Positions 10,441 through 22,029 of a stretch of 64,000 nucleotides of DNA are shown piece after piece. The translations under genes and the position numbers were made by a program. The DNA is from Octopus bimaculoides. Taxonomy: Eukaryota. Below the pieces are notes generated by a model. That model made no database searches and was not told where the DNA came from. It saw only the letters and a program-made list of their open reading frames with translations. Numbering within the stretch: the first letter of the stretch is position 1; each line of letters begins with the position of its first letter. The stretch spans positions 22,908,540 to 22,972,539 of the forward strand of contig NC_068996.1 of assembly GCF_001194135.2 (NCBI RefSeq), given 5' to 3'.

Positions 10441-11304
10441 GTTCCTGGTATGCAGTTGCTTTTTTTGCCACATCAAACCTGTCATTAGCACTGACAGCAG
10501 TTTGTTGGTTGGTTGTTTTTTTTATATATATTACTACTCAAACATGTGCCATTTTTTTTTTTAGAGTATGATGCTTTTTAAATTTTTTTTACTTAGTGTT
10601 TTTGTTTTTCTTTTGTGTTTAGTTTTGCTCTTGGTTGCTGCATGCACCTAGTATATTTCAGTGCTAACATACCCGACACATACATTTATAATAAAAACCA
10701 GTGCAATAATAATAAACAAGTTTAGTCTGCTTTATTACATACAGCTGTGAAATCATTCAACCGTAAAACCACAGCAAAAGTTACTGTGCAAAACAACAGA
10801 ATTTCAAAATACCACCGACTATGCAAATAAACAATTTGGATATTTGAGGAGGGAAGTAAGTGGTTGTGCTGCAACATAGGAGGAAAGAGTCTGGTGTCAC
10901 ATGTGGGAAACCCATCATAATCAACAAGCAGTCTCACATTCCTGATTATGCAATTCATTTCAAGTTGAACATCAGGTTAACTAGTAATATGGTTGTTACT
11001 GTTTAGCTCCATGTGAATGCTGGTCAAGCAGACTTATGATCAAAGGGAATTTCAACTGTGACCAGCTGATCTTTTAAGAGGTGTGTGCTATAACTACAAT
11101 CTCTCATGTATCCTTCCCTTTTATTTATTTATTTTTTTTTTTTGTAAAATAGCAGGATGTGATTTGAGAGAGACTTAGATGTTATTTCTAGTGAACTGAA
11201 TAACCACATAAGCTCATATATAACAAAGAAAAGTAGAGCTGGTGTGGAAGTAGAGATGTTAGAATGTATAGAAGAATAGATACAAACATAATATTTGCAT
11301 CATC

Positions 11305-11450
11305 ATCATCATCATCGTTTAACGTCCGCTTTCCATGCTAGCATGGGTTGGACGATTTGACTGAGGACTCGTGAAACCAGATGGCTACACCAGGTTCCAA
11401 TCTGATTTGGCAGGGTTTCTACAGCTGGATGCCCTTCCTAACGCCAACAT
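11305..11450 (-). mobile_element. 5'-truncated RTE 3' tail
   Basis: (CAT)n then cgtttaacgtccgctttccatgctagcatgggttggacg, the same tail that follows RTE ORF2 at ~20.6 and ~47.5 kb. Confidence 0.85.
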
Positions 11451-11694
11451 TTGCAAATTATGGAAATTATTTAAACAACGTAAGTAGACTTTGTAATGAT
11501 ATAAATGTAGCAAAGATATTTATTCTGTCATAACCAACTAATGTCTAGATTTTGCAGAAAGCTGTGATGTTAGTAAGAAGTTTACGGAGAGTTGTTTATA
11601 GTACAGAAAAACAACATGGAGTGTGCTTTACAAAGAAAACTGTTAAAAGACGTGTGTGCATATATACATAAATACATTACAAATATACATACAT

Positions 11695-12135
11695 ACAGGC
11701 ACAGGTATGGCTGTGTTATTAAGAAGCTTGCTTCCCAACCATTTGGTTCCATGTGCAGACCCACCGTGACACCTTGAGCAAGTGTCTTCAACTATAGCTG
11801 CAGGCCGGTCAAAGCCTTGTGAGTTTGAATTGGTAAACAGAAAGAAGCCCATCATCATGTGTGTGTATGTATACATGAGTCGGTGTCTCCTAGTTTTGAT
11901 ATCACATAATTGCTGGAAACGAGTGTTACTGTTGTACATTGTCCTTAATCTAGATTTCCATGGAAATATGCCTGGTCATAGGAAATATTACCTTCCTTCA
12001 AAACAGGTGAGGGTTGGTGACAGGAAGGGCATCCAGCAGTTGAATATCTGTCTCAGCAAATTTTGCCTCATGCAAATTTGGAAAAGTGGACGTTAATATG
12101 ATGATGATGACGATGATGATGATGATGATGATGAT
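11695..12135 (+). mobile_element. Composite SINE: family A head plus RTE-type 3' tail
   Basis: Family A head and CORE-like segment, ending in aggaagggcatccagc...gtggacgttaatatgatgatg. Confidence 0.65.
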
Positions 12136-13424
12136 ATATAACAATCAAAAGTCTATGAAAAATTGCTCATGGCAAAGAAAGACAATACAAAATGTACTTT
12201 TGAAAGGAAACTTTTAAAAGGCAGTTGGCAAGAACTGGATACTGGATGATAAAATCTGGGAATCAAGGAAACTATTTTGGTCTGCAGCATTGAAAATAAT
12301 TAATCCAAAAATGAATACATTGAAGAATTCAAGAAGTTCAATTGTGGCGATGTAAATTGATCTATGAAGTCTTTCCATGCTAGCATTGAACTGAAACGGT
12401 AATATATGATTTGTGGGTGATGCATGAATATCAGAGGATTTGGGAAAGCTATTTGAGGTTTAGAGTGAACAATCAATGCCTTTCTCAGCTATGGTTAAAA
12501 TTAACAGACTGCAAAGTTATTGCACCTTCTACCTGGGTGATATATACCAGATAACATACCTATTCCAGCCAATCTTATAATGTTTTACTGTGTGACAATG
12601 AGCCAATGCCACTGAATGTACTTCTAACCACCTTAGATTACCTACCAAATTCAGATTACTCCTGTTTCATTAAAGTGATCTAAATTAAAAACTTCCATTA
12701 AAATTTTCATGCTAATTTGTTCCAAACACCAGCTTAATAATGACAAAGTTACTTTACCAAATTCTTCATTATTTTCAAAATTAAATAAAACAAAAGCAGT
12801 GTATTTCAACGAAATTACTTGCTTCTATAGGTGCAGGCATGGCTGTGTGGTTAAGAAACATAATTTGTTTCAGGTTCAATTCTACTGTACAGTATCTTGA
12901 GCAAATACCTTCTATTATAGCCCCAGGCCTATCAATGCCTTGTGAGTGAATTTGGTAGGTGGAAACTGTGTGGAAGCCCATCATATACATGTGTGTGTGT
13001 ATTTGCATTTGTACTCCTATCCCCATACCACTTGACAACCGTGTTGGTTTGTCTATGTCCCCATAACTTAGCAGTTTGGCAAAGAGACTGATAGAATAAA
13101 TATCGGATTTTAAAGAAATAACTAAAACGCATGAGTACTGAGGGTGATATGTTCAACTCAAATTCTTCAAGTTGGTGGCCCAGCATGGCTGCAGTCTAAT
13201 AACTGAAACAGGTAAAAGAACTATATGACAATGAACAAATATACAATCATACATGCATACAATCTGCACAACAGAACAATATTTTTTAACAACTAGATTT
13301 TTGGGAATCTGTCTAAGGAATATTTTTCTAGATTTTAAATGCTAACTGCTCATCCGCTTTTTCTGCTGTCCAACCCATACCAGCAAGGAAAAGCAGAAAC
13401 AAAAATGATGATGTTGAATACAGT

Positions 13425-13920
13425 AAAGGCATGTGGCTTAGTGGTTAGGGTATTCAGCTTCTGATCGTATTGTCGTGAGTTCAATTCCCAATGGCAGGTT
13501 GTGTTTTTGAGCAAGACACTTTATTTCACGTTACTCTAGTCCAGTACTCTGCAACCAGTATGCCGCGGCACACTGGTGTTCCACGAGACAAGGCTAGGTG
13601 TGCCACAGTGTAACTTGAATATAATTTTTTTCCCTATACTTTTAATTATATTTTTAGTTCAGGTGTGCTGCCAAATTTTGAAAAGAATATAAGTGTACCA
13701 CAAGCGAAAAAAGGTTTGGAGTACTGATATAGTCCTCTCAGCTGATGAAAATGAATAGTACCCGTATTTCAAAGGGCCAGCCTTGTTGCATTCTGTGCCA
13801 TGCCAAATCTCCCTGAGAACTATGTTAAGGGTATGTGTGTTTGTGGAGTACTCGGCTATTTGCACATTAATTGGCTCAACTGGAACCCTCGTTGTCATAA
13901 CTGATGGAGCGCCAAATGCA
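13425..13920 (+). mobile_element. SINE (family D head, family E body) interrupted by a hAT MITE
   Basis: tRNA-like head and CORE-like segment. The body after 13735 matches the family E body (aagggccagccttgt...ctggaaccctc). Confidence 0.7.
13542..13726. mobile_element. hAT-type MITE nested in a SINE
   Basis: Ends CAGTACTCTGCAACC / GGTTTGGAGTACTG, with degraded 8-bp TSD ctctagtc/atatagtc. Confidence 0.7.
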
Positions 13921-15403
13921 TTCCTGTATTCTAGCTTTTAGTAAAATGGTACACTCTGTCCTTGTGTGTTCTAAGAGATGACTGAAAAGGTTGATGCCAA
14001 GAAGAGCATCCAACAGTAAAATAATACTGCCTCAAATAAGTCCTGTCCAACCCATGCCAACAAGGAAAAGCAGACACAAAAATGATGATGCTGAATGCAG
14101 TTAAATTCCCCATGTTCACTTAAGCATTTCACTACTATAGCTATTACTGCAATAGTTACTTTTCTTCCTCCTCTTCCACACACACACACACCCTACTACT
14201 ACTGCTACTACCAGTATGAACATTAGTATCACAGCTGATACCATCAGCATAGCAACCAAGAGTAAACAACCATTTTACTTTAAGAGATATTTACTGTAAC
14301 TGTTTTCGTCCGTGAAAAGATGTGTTACCCAGAATGTAAGGAATTAAAAAATTATACATTCTTTTTGCATTGTAAGATGCTTTCCATTAATTCAATCTTT
14401 CTTGAATCTCAATGCTTCAAGCAAACTACTACACTCTTCTATATCAGAAGTAACTTAACAAACATTTCATCATTATCAACATGGGTACTGGCAAAGTAAG
14501 AAGCTTACTTCCCAACCACATGGTTCCAGGTTCAGTCCTGCTGCATGGCACCTTGGGCAAGTGTCTTCTACTATAGCCTTAGACCACCCCAAAGCCTGGT
14601 GAGTGGATTTGGTAGACAGAAACTGAAAGAATCTTGTTGTGTGTGTGCATGTGTGTGTGCTTGTCCCCCACCACTGCTTTACAACTGGTGTTGGTGAGTT
14701 TATGTTCCTGTAACTTAGCGGCTCAGCAGAAGAACAGATAAAATAAGTACCAGGCTTAAAAATAAAAAAAAGTCCTAGGGTTCATTTATTTGACTAAAAA
14801 TTCTTCAAGGCAGAGCCCCAGCATGGCTGCAGTCAAATGAGTAAAACATAAAAGATGGGCACAGGCATAGTTGTGTAGTTAAAAGATTGCTTTGAATCGA
14901 TATGGCTCCAGGTTCAGTCCCACTGCCTGACATTTTGGGCAAGAATTTTGTATGCCATGTAACAAATGCCGTGTGAATAAACTTAGCAGATGGAAACTGT
15001 GTGCATATGCATACATATGTGTGTGTGTGTGTGTTTACTCCCACATACACTGCTTGACAACTACTGTTAGTTTGTTTACATCCCCCAAACTTAATGGTTT
15101 AACAAAATAGATCAACAGAATAAATACCAAGCATAAAATGAAAAATAAACACAGGGGTCGACTTGTTCAGCTAAACCCTTCAAGGTGGTGTTCCAGCCTG
15201 GCCAAAGTCCAGTGAATGAAACAAATACAAGGTGAATGGTATCACTAAATAAGGAACGAAATTGGCTAAACTGGAAACACTGTGGATGATGTACAATGTT
15301 AGAATAATTTTTTTCTTCTTAATATCAACCATCTTATGAAAAAATTGTTGTAGAAGAATTTGCAAGACAAGTCTTCACTGAAATTCAGATTATTCCACAT
15401 TAA

Positions 15404-15821
15404 TCCTTTAGCATTTAAACCAGCCGTTATATCGGGCCCAAATGTTCTACCTGTTTTATGTTCAAACTGGCCAGATCCAGCCTCTCCCACCTACCCTACA
15501 ATGTAATTCTAAAAATAAATGATCACATCTTTGAAATCTTGAAGCTACAAGATAATATGTGATTAATTTTTTTTAAATGTGGATAAATAAGCATTACATT
15601 TAAAAAATTAACCTGAATGCTAAAGGGTTAAACTGGTCACATCTAGCCAAAATATTCTACCTGCTTTTAAGTTAAAATCAGCCAAATCTAGTCTCTCTAC
15701 ATCTACTCAACAATGTCTATCTAAAAATAAGCAATCACCTCATCAAATCTCAAAGCTACAAAATAATGCATAATTAATTCAGGACAATTGAATGAATAAG
15801 AATAATCTGAACGCTAAAGGG
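15404..15821 (+). mobile_element. piggyBac-type MITE, tandem dimer
   Basis: TTAA+(t)cctttagcattt left end. gctaaaggg+TTAA right ends at 15627 and 15821. Relatives at 29650-30028 (-) and 32205-32425. Confidence 0.75.
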
Positions 15822-16419
15822 TTAACAATAGAGAATATAATATTAACCTAGTCATTTTTCTCAGTCAAAATTCAAGAGTTTAAATTCTATGGCTTTGTTT
15901 AGTATTGGTCACTATTCAAAGAACTAAGTATGTCTGCTTAGCAGGAGGACAGGCGCAAAAACAAGGAGAATAACTGGCCACTGGCACTAATCTCAATGGA
16001 ACTGACACTCAGTTCTCTCACATACAAAGAAGGCTTCTTTTATTATTATTTTTTTTTTTTACTTGTTTCAGTCATTTCTAGAAGGCATGCTGGGGCACAA
16101 CCTTAAGGTTTTACATTTGGTACTTATTCTATCAGTTTCCTTTGCCAAACCACTAAGTTTCAGGAACATAAACAAACCAGCACCTGTAGTTACATGGTGG
16201 ACAGGGAAGAACAGACACACACACACACACAACAGGCTTCCACACTGTTTCTGACTATTAAGTTCACTTACAAGCCATTGGCCGATACAAGACTAAAGTA
16301 GAAGACAATAGTCCCAGGTGCTACATAGTGGGACTGAATCTCAAATCACACGGTTGCAAAGTGAACAGTTGTTTTTTTGTTTCTTTTTCCCCTAGGGGAA
16401 GTAGTGGTATGATCTGGAG

Positions 16420-18310
16420 GAAAAGGTGGTGCCCATGTCTTTGCAGGCCTTCTGAGACTGGTGAAATTGATACTGTTTATGTTCTACTTGAACTGTTACA
16501 AATCCATGGCTGCAGGCAAAATATGAGCAGAGAGATAATTTCTGAGGATAACATTCTGGGGAAGGCAAGACTGAGATTTGTGGTTAGCATGGAGATAGTA
16601 GAGGCAGGATACAATATTGATAATGAGAGGAGGAGAAGGAAGCGAGTTAGAAACGCCTGAGTGGAGGTGGCTATGAGATTAACCAGCTCTGAAAAGCAGA
16701 CACAACTAAGGTTGTAATATGAAAAGTAGAGAGAAAGTTATAATTTTAGTACAAGGCCAGCAATTTCAGGGGAGGGGTAAGTCGATTACATCAACCTCAG
16801 TACTCAACTGGTACTTATTTTATCGACCCTGAAAGGATGGAAGGTAAAGTCAACTAAGACGGAATTTGAACTCAGAACGTGAAAACAGACGAAATACCGC
16901 TAAGCATTCTGCCCTTTGTGCTAATGATTCTGCCAGCTTGTTGCAATAATAATAATAATAATGATATTGAGTTCTTTTACTGGCCACAAGACCCCAAGAC
17001 ATAGAGGACAATATCAAAGGATGAGAGAGAAGGTTCGAAGCTGGCAGATTCATTAACACACCAGACAAGTGATTTGTGGAATTTTGTCTGTCTTTACATT
17101 CTGAGTTCAAATACTGCAGAGGTTGACTTTGCTTTTCATCCTTCCAGGATCAATAAAATAACTATCAGTTGAGCACTGGGGGTTGATATAATCAACTTAC
17201 TCCTCTCCACTGAAATTGCTGACCTTGGGCCAAAATTTGAAACTTAATATGCAAAGTAGAGAGAATGAGCAGAACATATCTGAAACAGCAGCTGAAGATA
17301 GTTGAGAGTAAATTTGTGTCAACCAATTGAACAGCCTTTAATTGGGTGTAAAGAAGAATGTCCAAGTTTGTAGCAGTGGTACCATTCCAAGATAGGAGAG
17401 CAGCACACCATTAAGGTCTCACCTGAGTTACATAGAGGTTCAATATTGCCAGGGTCGGAAAGCTGGCAGAATTGTTAGCATGCCGAGCGAAATGCTTAAT
17501 GGTATTTCATCTGCCATTACGTTCTGAGTTCAAATTCCACCTAGGTCGATTTTGCCTTTCATCCTTTCGGGGTCGATAAACTAAGTATCAGTTATGCACT
17601 TGGGCTCGATGTAATCAACTTAATCCCTTTGTCTGTCCTTGTTTAGCTCCCTGTGAGCAATAAAGAAGTAAATATTACCAGGGTCTGGTGTATTTTCTGA
17701 CTCTGAAGAGGAAGGTTAGCATATCTTTATAATGTTGAGCATGTGCATCCACTCAAAGATATGCTGAGTGATAGTGATACTTAGACAAGTGGGTTCTAAT
17801 TGCATGCTGTTCAGGTTTAGCTGTGGGAAGTGGCAGCAATATTTTCTTGATATACGCAGCTGGAGAGAAGAGTATTATGGCAACACTGGAGAATTGTTTT
17901 AGAAGTTTCTGTACAGAAAGAGTGAAGTTTATTGGGGAAAGATGAGTTGATGCAGCCCCTTACACATAAATATAGAGATAGAAGAGTTTGGAGGTTGGGC
18001 TTTTATACATAGGGGTTGGTGAAGGATGGTGTATCAGTGTTGAGGATGGTGATAGGGAATACAGTTTGTTGCTTACCACATCACAGATGTCTAGGGAAAT
18101 GAAAGATGGGAGGGGGTATGAGTGATAAGATGACTGAAGTGAGTGATGTATGGAGGAGGAAGAGAAGGCAACAGATAGAATGATAAGAATGGTCTGATAG
18201 AATCTCCTCAGACACAGGTGATCAATAGGCAGATGAGATTAGATGGTCAAGAATGTGAAGGCTGGCAGTGAAAACAAGGGCACATATCTATATATCCCAA
18301 CCTTGTCACT
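16420..18310 (-). mobile_element. Old CR1/L2-like LINE relic interrupted by SINE insertions
   Basis: Minus strand fragments MLTFLFRVRKY, VRP*WCAALLSWNGTTATNLDILL and CLPRMLS resemble the CR1 post-RT region (KLxFLFRARRY, IRPxLEYCSxIW, FFPRTS). Very degenerate. Confidence 0.55.
16736..17244. mobile_element. Composite insertion: inverted [Tx1 3' end + SINE-B] plus plus-strand SINE-B, flanked by a 21-bp direct repeat
   Basis: taatatgaaaagtagagagaa (16715-16735) and taatatgcaaagtagagagaa (17245-17265) flank the unit. 16745-17025 is the reverse complement of 23838-24125. Confidence 0.8.
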
Positions 18311-18319
18311 ACCCTCAAT

Positions 18320-20250
18320 GCTTCCTTTATCATAGGTGGTCTGGTCTTTTGCAGTGTATCAGCAGTCAATATAATTCTTTGTTACCTCAATGAAATGCAG
18401 CACTTTCAGATTAGTCTTTATTCCAAGTCTTCTTTGGCTCCCCTCTTCCACAAGTTCTACTAACTTTAAACAATTGCCACTTCCTTAAGCAGAAAAATCA
18501 TCATCCTTACACCTCACATACTCTTATGCACATCTGATTCATCTTATACCACCATGTTATCTCTCAGCTCAATTTATACTCTGGTATCCATATACACTGA
18601 CATTATATGGCTATTGAACATATTTGCTTCATTTCTTTTTAACCTTTGCCAGTCTTCTGCATTCAAGATCCACATTTCACTACCATGCAGCATTACAGTT
18701 CAAATATATGTATCATACAATCTCTTCACACTTTTGCTGTCAGCAGAGTTTATAGCTCACAGAACTTTTTCAAATCTACTCTTATTCAAACTACTATAAT
18801 TTTGGAACTGTCACTGCCAGTTATGTTACCTATGTAACAGAAACTGTCAAATACTTTCGGTGAGCCTGCCCAGAGGCATTTAAGAGAATCTACATCTGGT
18901 ATACTTTTACTACTTACTGCCCCAGTACATCTGCCACATGCAAAACTTGCCTTCTGTGTTAATCTACTTGTGACTCCCAAACATCTCTTGTATGTCCATA
19001 ATTTACACTGGGGACAGCATATGGAGTTTCTACCTAGTCTTTTTCTGTATACCATTTCCTTGACAGTACTAAAGTTCTGTCTACTTTCTTACTGACGCTT
19101 TATCTAAGCTAAGTTTGCTTTGAGGCCTCATTCCAGCTTTTTGTTTCCACAACTAGAATTTCTCTAAATCTACTTAAAATTGACCATATTCAACTTTAAG
19201 AATTAAATTATCAGCATAAAAGGAAAAAGGAGTCCCATCTTCATGTTAAATTCATCATAAACTAACACATTACTCACTGCATCTTCATACACAGCCCACA
19301 CAAGTCATTTGCCTATACTTAGTGACTCCCACTCCTACTCCAGATTTCAGTGTGTGACACACAGTCAAAAGCCTTAACAAGTGTTAGGAATAATGGGTTA
19401 CAGTTAAAATTATATTATTCCAGCAATTGTCTCACTTTAGAGCACGAAGCCAAATTACATCTCACTTTAGGAAATTCTGTTCTTTATCATTAGTGCCAAG
19501 ATTCTTTTCATAACCTTCAGAAGCTTGCTCTAGCAACTTGATATCTCTGTAATTTCCCCTCTCTTGAGCATGTCCTTTGCTCTTGCAGTAGTTTATAATG
19601 TTATTGCTACCCAAGTCATTGGGATTTGTCATCCTATATTCTTTTCTACTCTAGGCACAAGGCCCGAAATTTTTGGGGGAGAGGGCCAGTTGATTAGATC
19701 AACCCCAGTATGCAACTGGTACTTAATTTATCGACCCTGAAAGGGTCAATAAATGTAAAGACAGACGAAATACCGCTAAGCATTTCACCCAGCGTGCTAA
19801 TGTTTCTGCCAACTCACCACCTATATTACTTGATTAACTATTCAGATGGTCAACATGTAACCTACTTTGCCAAAAACATTGAGCATCCCAGTGAATATAC
19901 CCGATGGACCAGCAGCTTTCCCTGCCTTCATTGCTCTATTGATCTATCTATCATACTGGTTTCATCTTGAATTGCCAATACCTCTATTGGCTCAGCACAA
20001 GGAACACCCACTTTATTCCATACATTCTTCACATTCAACATCGTATATTTTGCATTTCCATGATTGTAATGCATAGTTTTTTGCCATCAGACAAGTGTAC
20101 CTGTCTCCATCATTAAAGATTCATTTCTCTCTCTACCTTTTCTATCTCTACTACAGCAAATACTATGCCTTGCAATTATTATATCATAAAGCATGCTTTA
20201 GTAAAACATTTGCAGTTTCTGAGCAGTTTTTTTTCATATATTCCAAAATA
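18320..20250 (-). mobile_element. Older RTE LINE relic, interrupted by SINE-B at ~19640-19820
   Basis: MKAGKAAGPSGIFTGML (RT start), GRNSICCPQCKLWTYKRC...ACGRC, FDSFCYIGN, and a GRGRxRKTW-like end. Confidence 0.8.
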
Positions 20251-20409
20251 AATAATATTAAGGAATAAGTGTCAAATAAAGGCATGGCTGTGTGGTAACA
20301 AGCTTGCTTCCCAACCACATAGTTCCAGGTTCAGTCCCACTGTGAGGCACTAAAGCCTTGTGAGTGGATTTGGTAGATGAAAACTGAAAGAAGTCTGTTG
20401 TATTCGAAT

Positions 20410-21139
20410 GTAGTCATTGCCAGTGCCGGCTGACTGGCCCTTGTGCTAGTGGCATGTAAAAAGCACCGACTACACTCTCAGAGTGGTAAGAATGTAGTGG
20501 GTGCTTTTTACATGCCACTGGCAACGACCACATTTGAATGGTACTTTTTATGTTGTGTGTATATATATACACACATATATATATATATCATCATCGTCAT
20601 TTAACGTCTGCTTTCCATGCAGGCATGGGTTGGACAGTTTGACTGAGGGCTGGCAAGCCAGAAGGCTGCAACAGGCTCCAGTCTGATCTGGCAAGGTTTC
20701 TACAGCTGGGTGCCCTTCTTAACGCCAACCACTCTGAGAATGTAGTGGGGGCTTTCTACATGCCACTGGCACGGGGACTAGTCAGGTGTCACTGACAACA
20801 GCCAGGCTGAAATAGTGCTTTTTATGTACCACTGGCATGGGACCAGTCAGGCAGCACTGGCATCAACCATGTTTGAATGGTGCTTTTTACATGCCACTGG
20901 CATGGGTGCTAGTCAGGCTGTACTGGCATCAGCCACAACAATGTCTTCACTTGCCTCAACAGGTCTTTGCAAGCACCTCATCCCAAGTCTTCCTGGATCT
21001 ACCTCTTCCACAGGTTCCCTCTACTGCTAGGGTGTGACACTTTTTCACACAGTTGTCCTCATCCATACGCAACACATGACCATACCAGTGCAGTCGTCTC
21101 TCTTGCTCACCACATCTGATGGTTCTCATGTCCAACTTT

Positions 21140-21150
<11 letters not shown>
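20410..21150 (-). mobile_element. RTE ORF2 C-terminus plus 3' UTR/tail
   Basis: REKLDMRTIRCGEQERRLHWYGHVLRMDEDNCVKKCHTLAVEGTCGRGRSRKTWDEV, followed by the repeat-rich UTR and (GAT)n tail. Confidence 0.88.
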
Positions 21151-21176
<26 letters not shown>

Positions 21177-21544
21177 GTGTGTGTGTCTTTGTGTCTGCGT
21201 TTGTCTTCCCACCACTTGACAACTAATGTTGGTATGTTTATATCCCCATAACTTAGTGGTTCAGCAAGACACCAATAGAATGAGAACTAGGTTTACAAAG
21301 AATAAAGTCCTGAGGTCGATTTCTCTGACAAAAATCCTTTAAAGCAATGCTCCAGCATGGTCTCAGTCTAATGACTGAAAAAAGTAAAAGATAAAAGATA
21401 AAAATAGCTCAATATCTATCATTTTTATGTCCCTCACCTATCAAATACTCAAAAACACACACACACATATATATATCTCCAGATATACACTACTCGACAA
21501 ATTGATTGTATATGTATGCATGCATCTTTCGAAGCCTTACTTCA

Positions 21545-21640
21545 TTTTACTTATTATTATTGTTATTATTATTATTGTTGTTGTTGTTATTATTATTATT
21601 TATTATTATTATTATTATTATCATCATTATTATTATTATT
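21545..21640. repeat. (ATT)n microsatellite, representative of many (AAT/ATT, AT, GT, GA, GAT) tracts
   Basis: Other long tracts at about 1555-1617, 7880-7915, 24125-24235, 24787-24870, 34830-34883, 51055-51130, 54055-54180, 62878-62918 and 63790-63860. Confidence 0.95.
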
Positions 21641-22029
21641 AAGGTAAAATTTGGCAAAATTGTTAACACATCAGACAAAAGGCTCAGCAGTATTTTGTCT
21701 ATCTTTATGTTCTAAGTTCAAATTCCACCAAGGTTGACTTTACCTTTCATCCCTTTCAGGGTCAATGAAATAAGTATTAGTCATATCCTGGATTATTATT
21801 GTTAGTAAAGCAGTGAGCTGGCAGAATTGATAGTAGCTGGACAAAACGCTTAATGGCATTTTGGCTGTCTTTATGTTCTGAACTCAAATTCCACTGAGGG
21901 TCAACTTTGCCTTTCATTCTTTCAAAGTCAATAAAAGAAGTGCCAGTTGAGCAATGGGGTTGATGTAATTGTCTAGCTCCCTCCCCAAAATTTCAGGCCT
22001 TGTGCCTATAGTAGAAAGTAATACTATAG

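Noticed and set aside
10722-10958. 78-aa minus-strand ORF as an alternative Orai exon
   Set aside because: No recognisable homology or convincing splice sites. Insertion would disrupt TM1.
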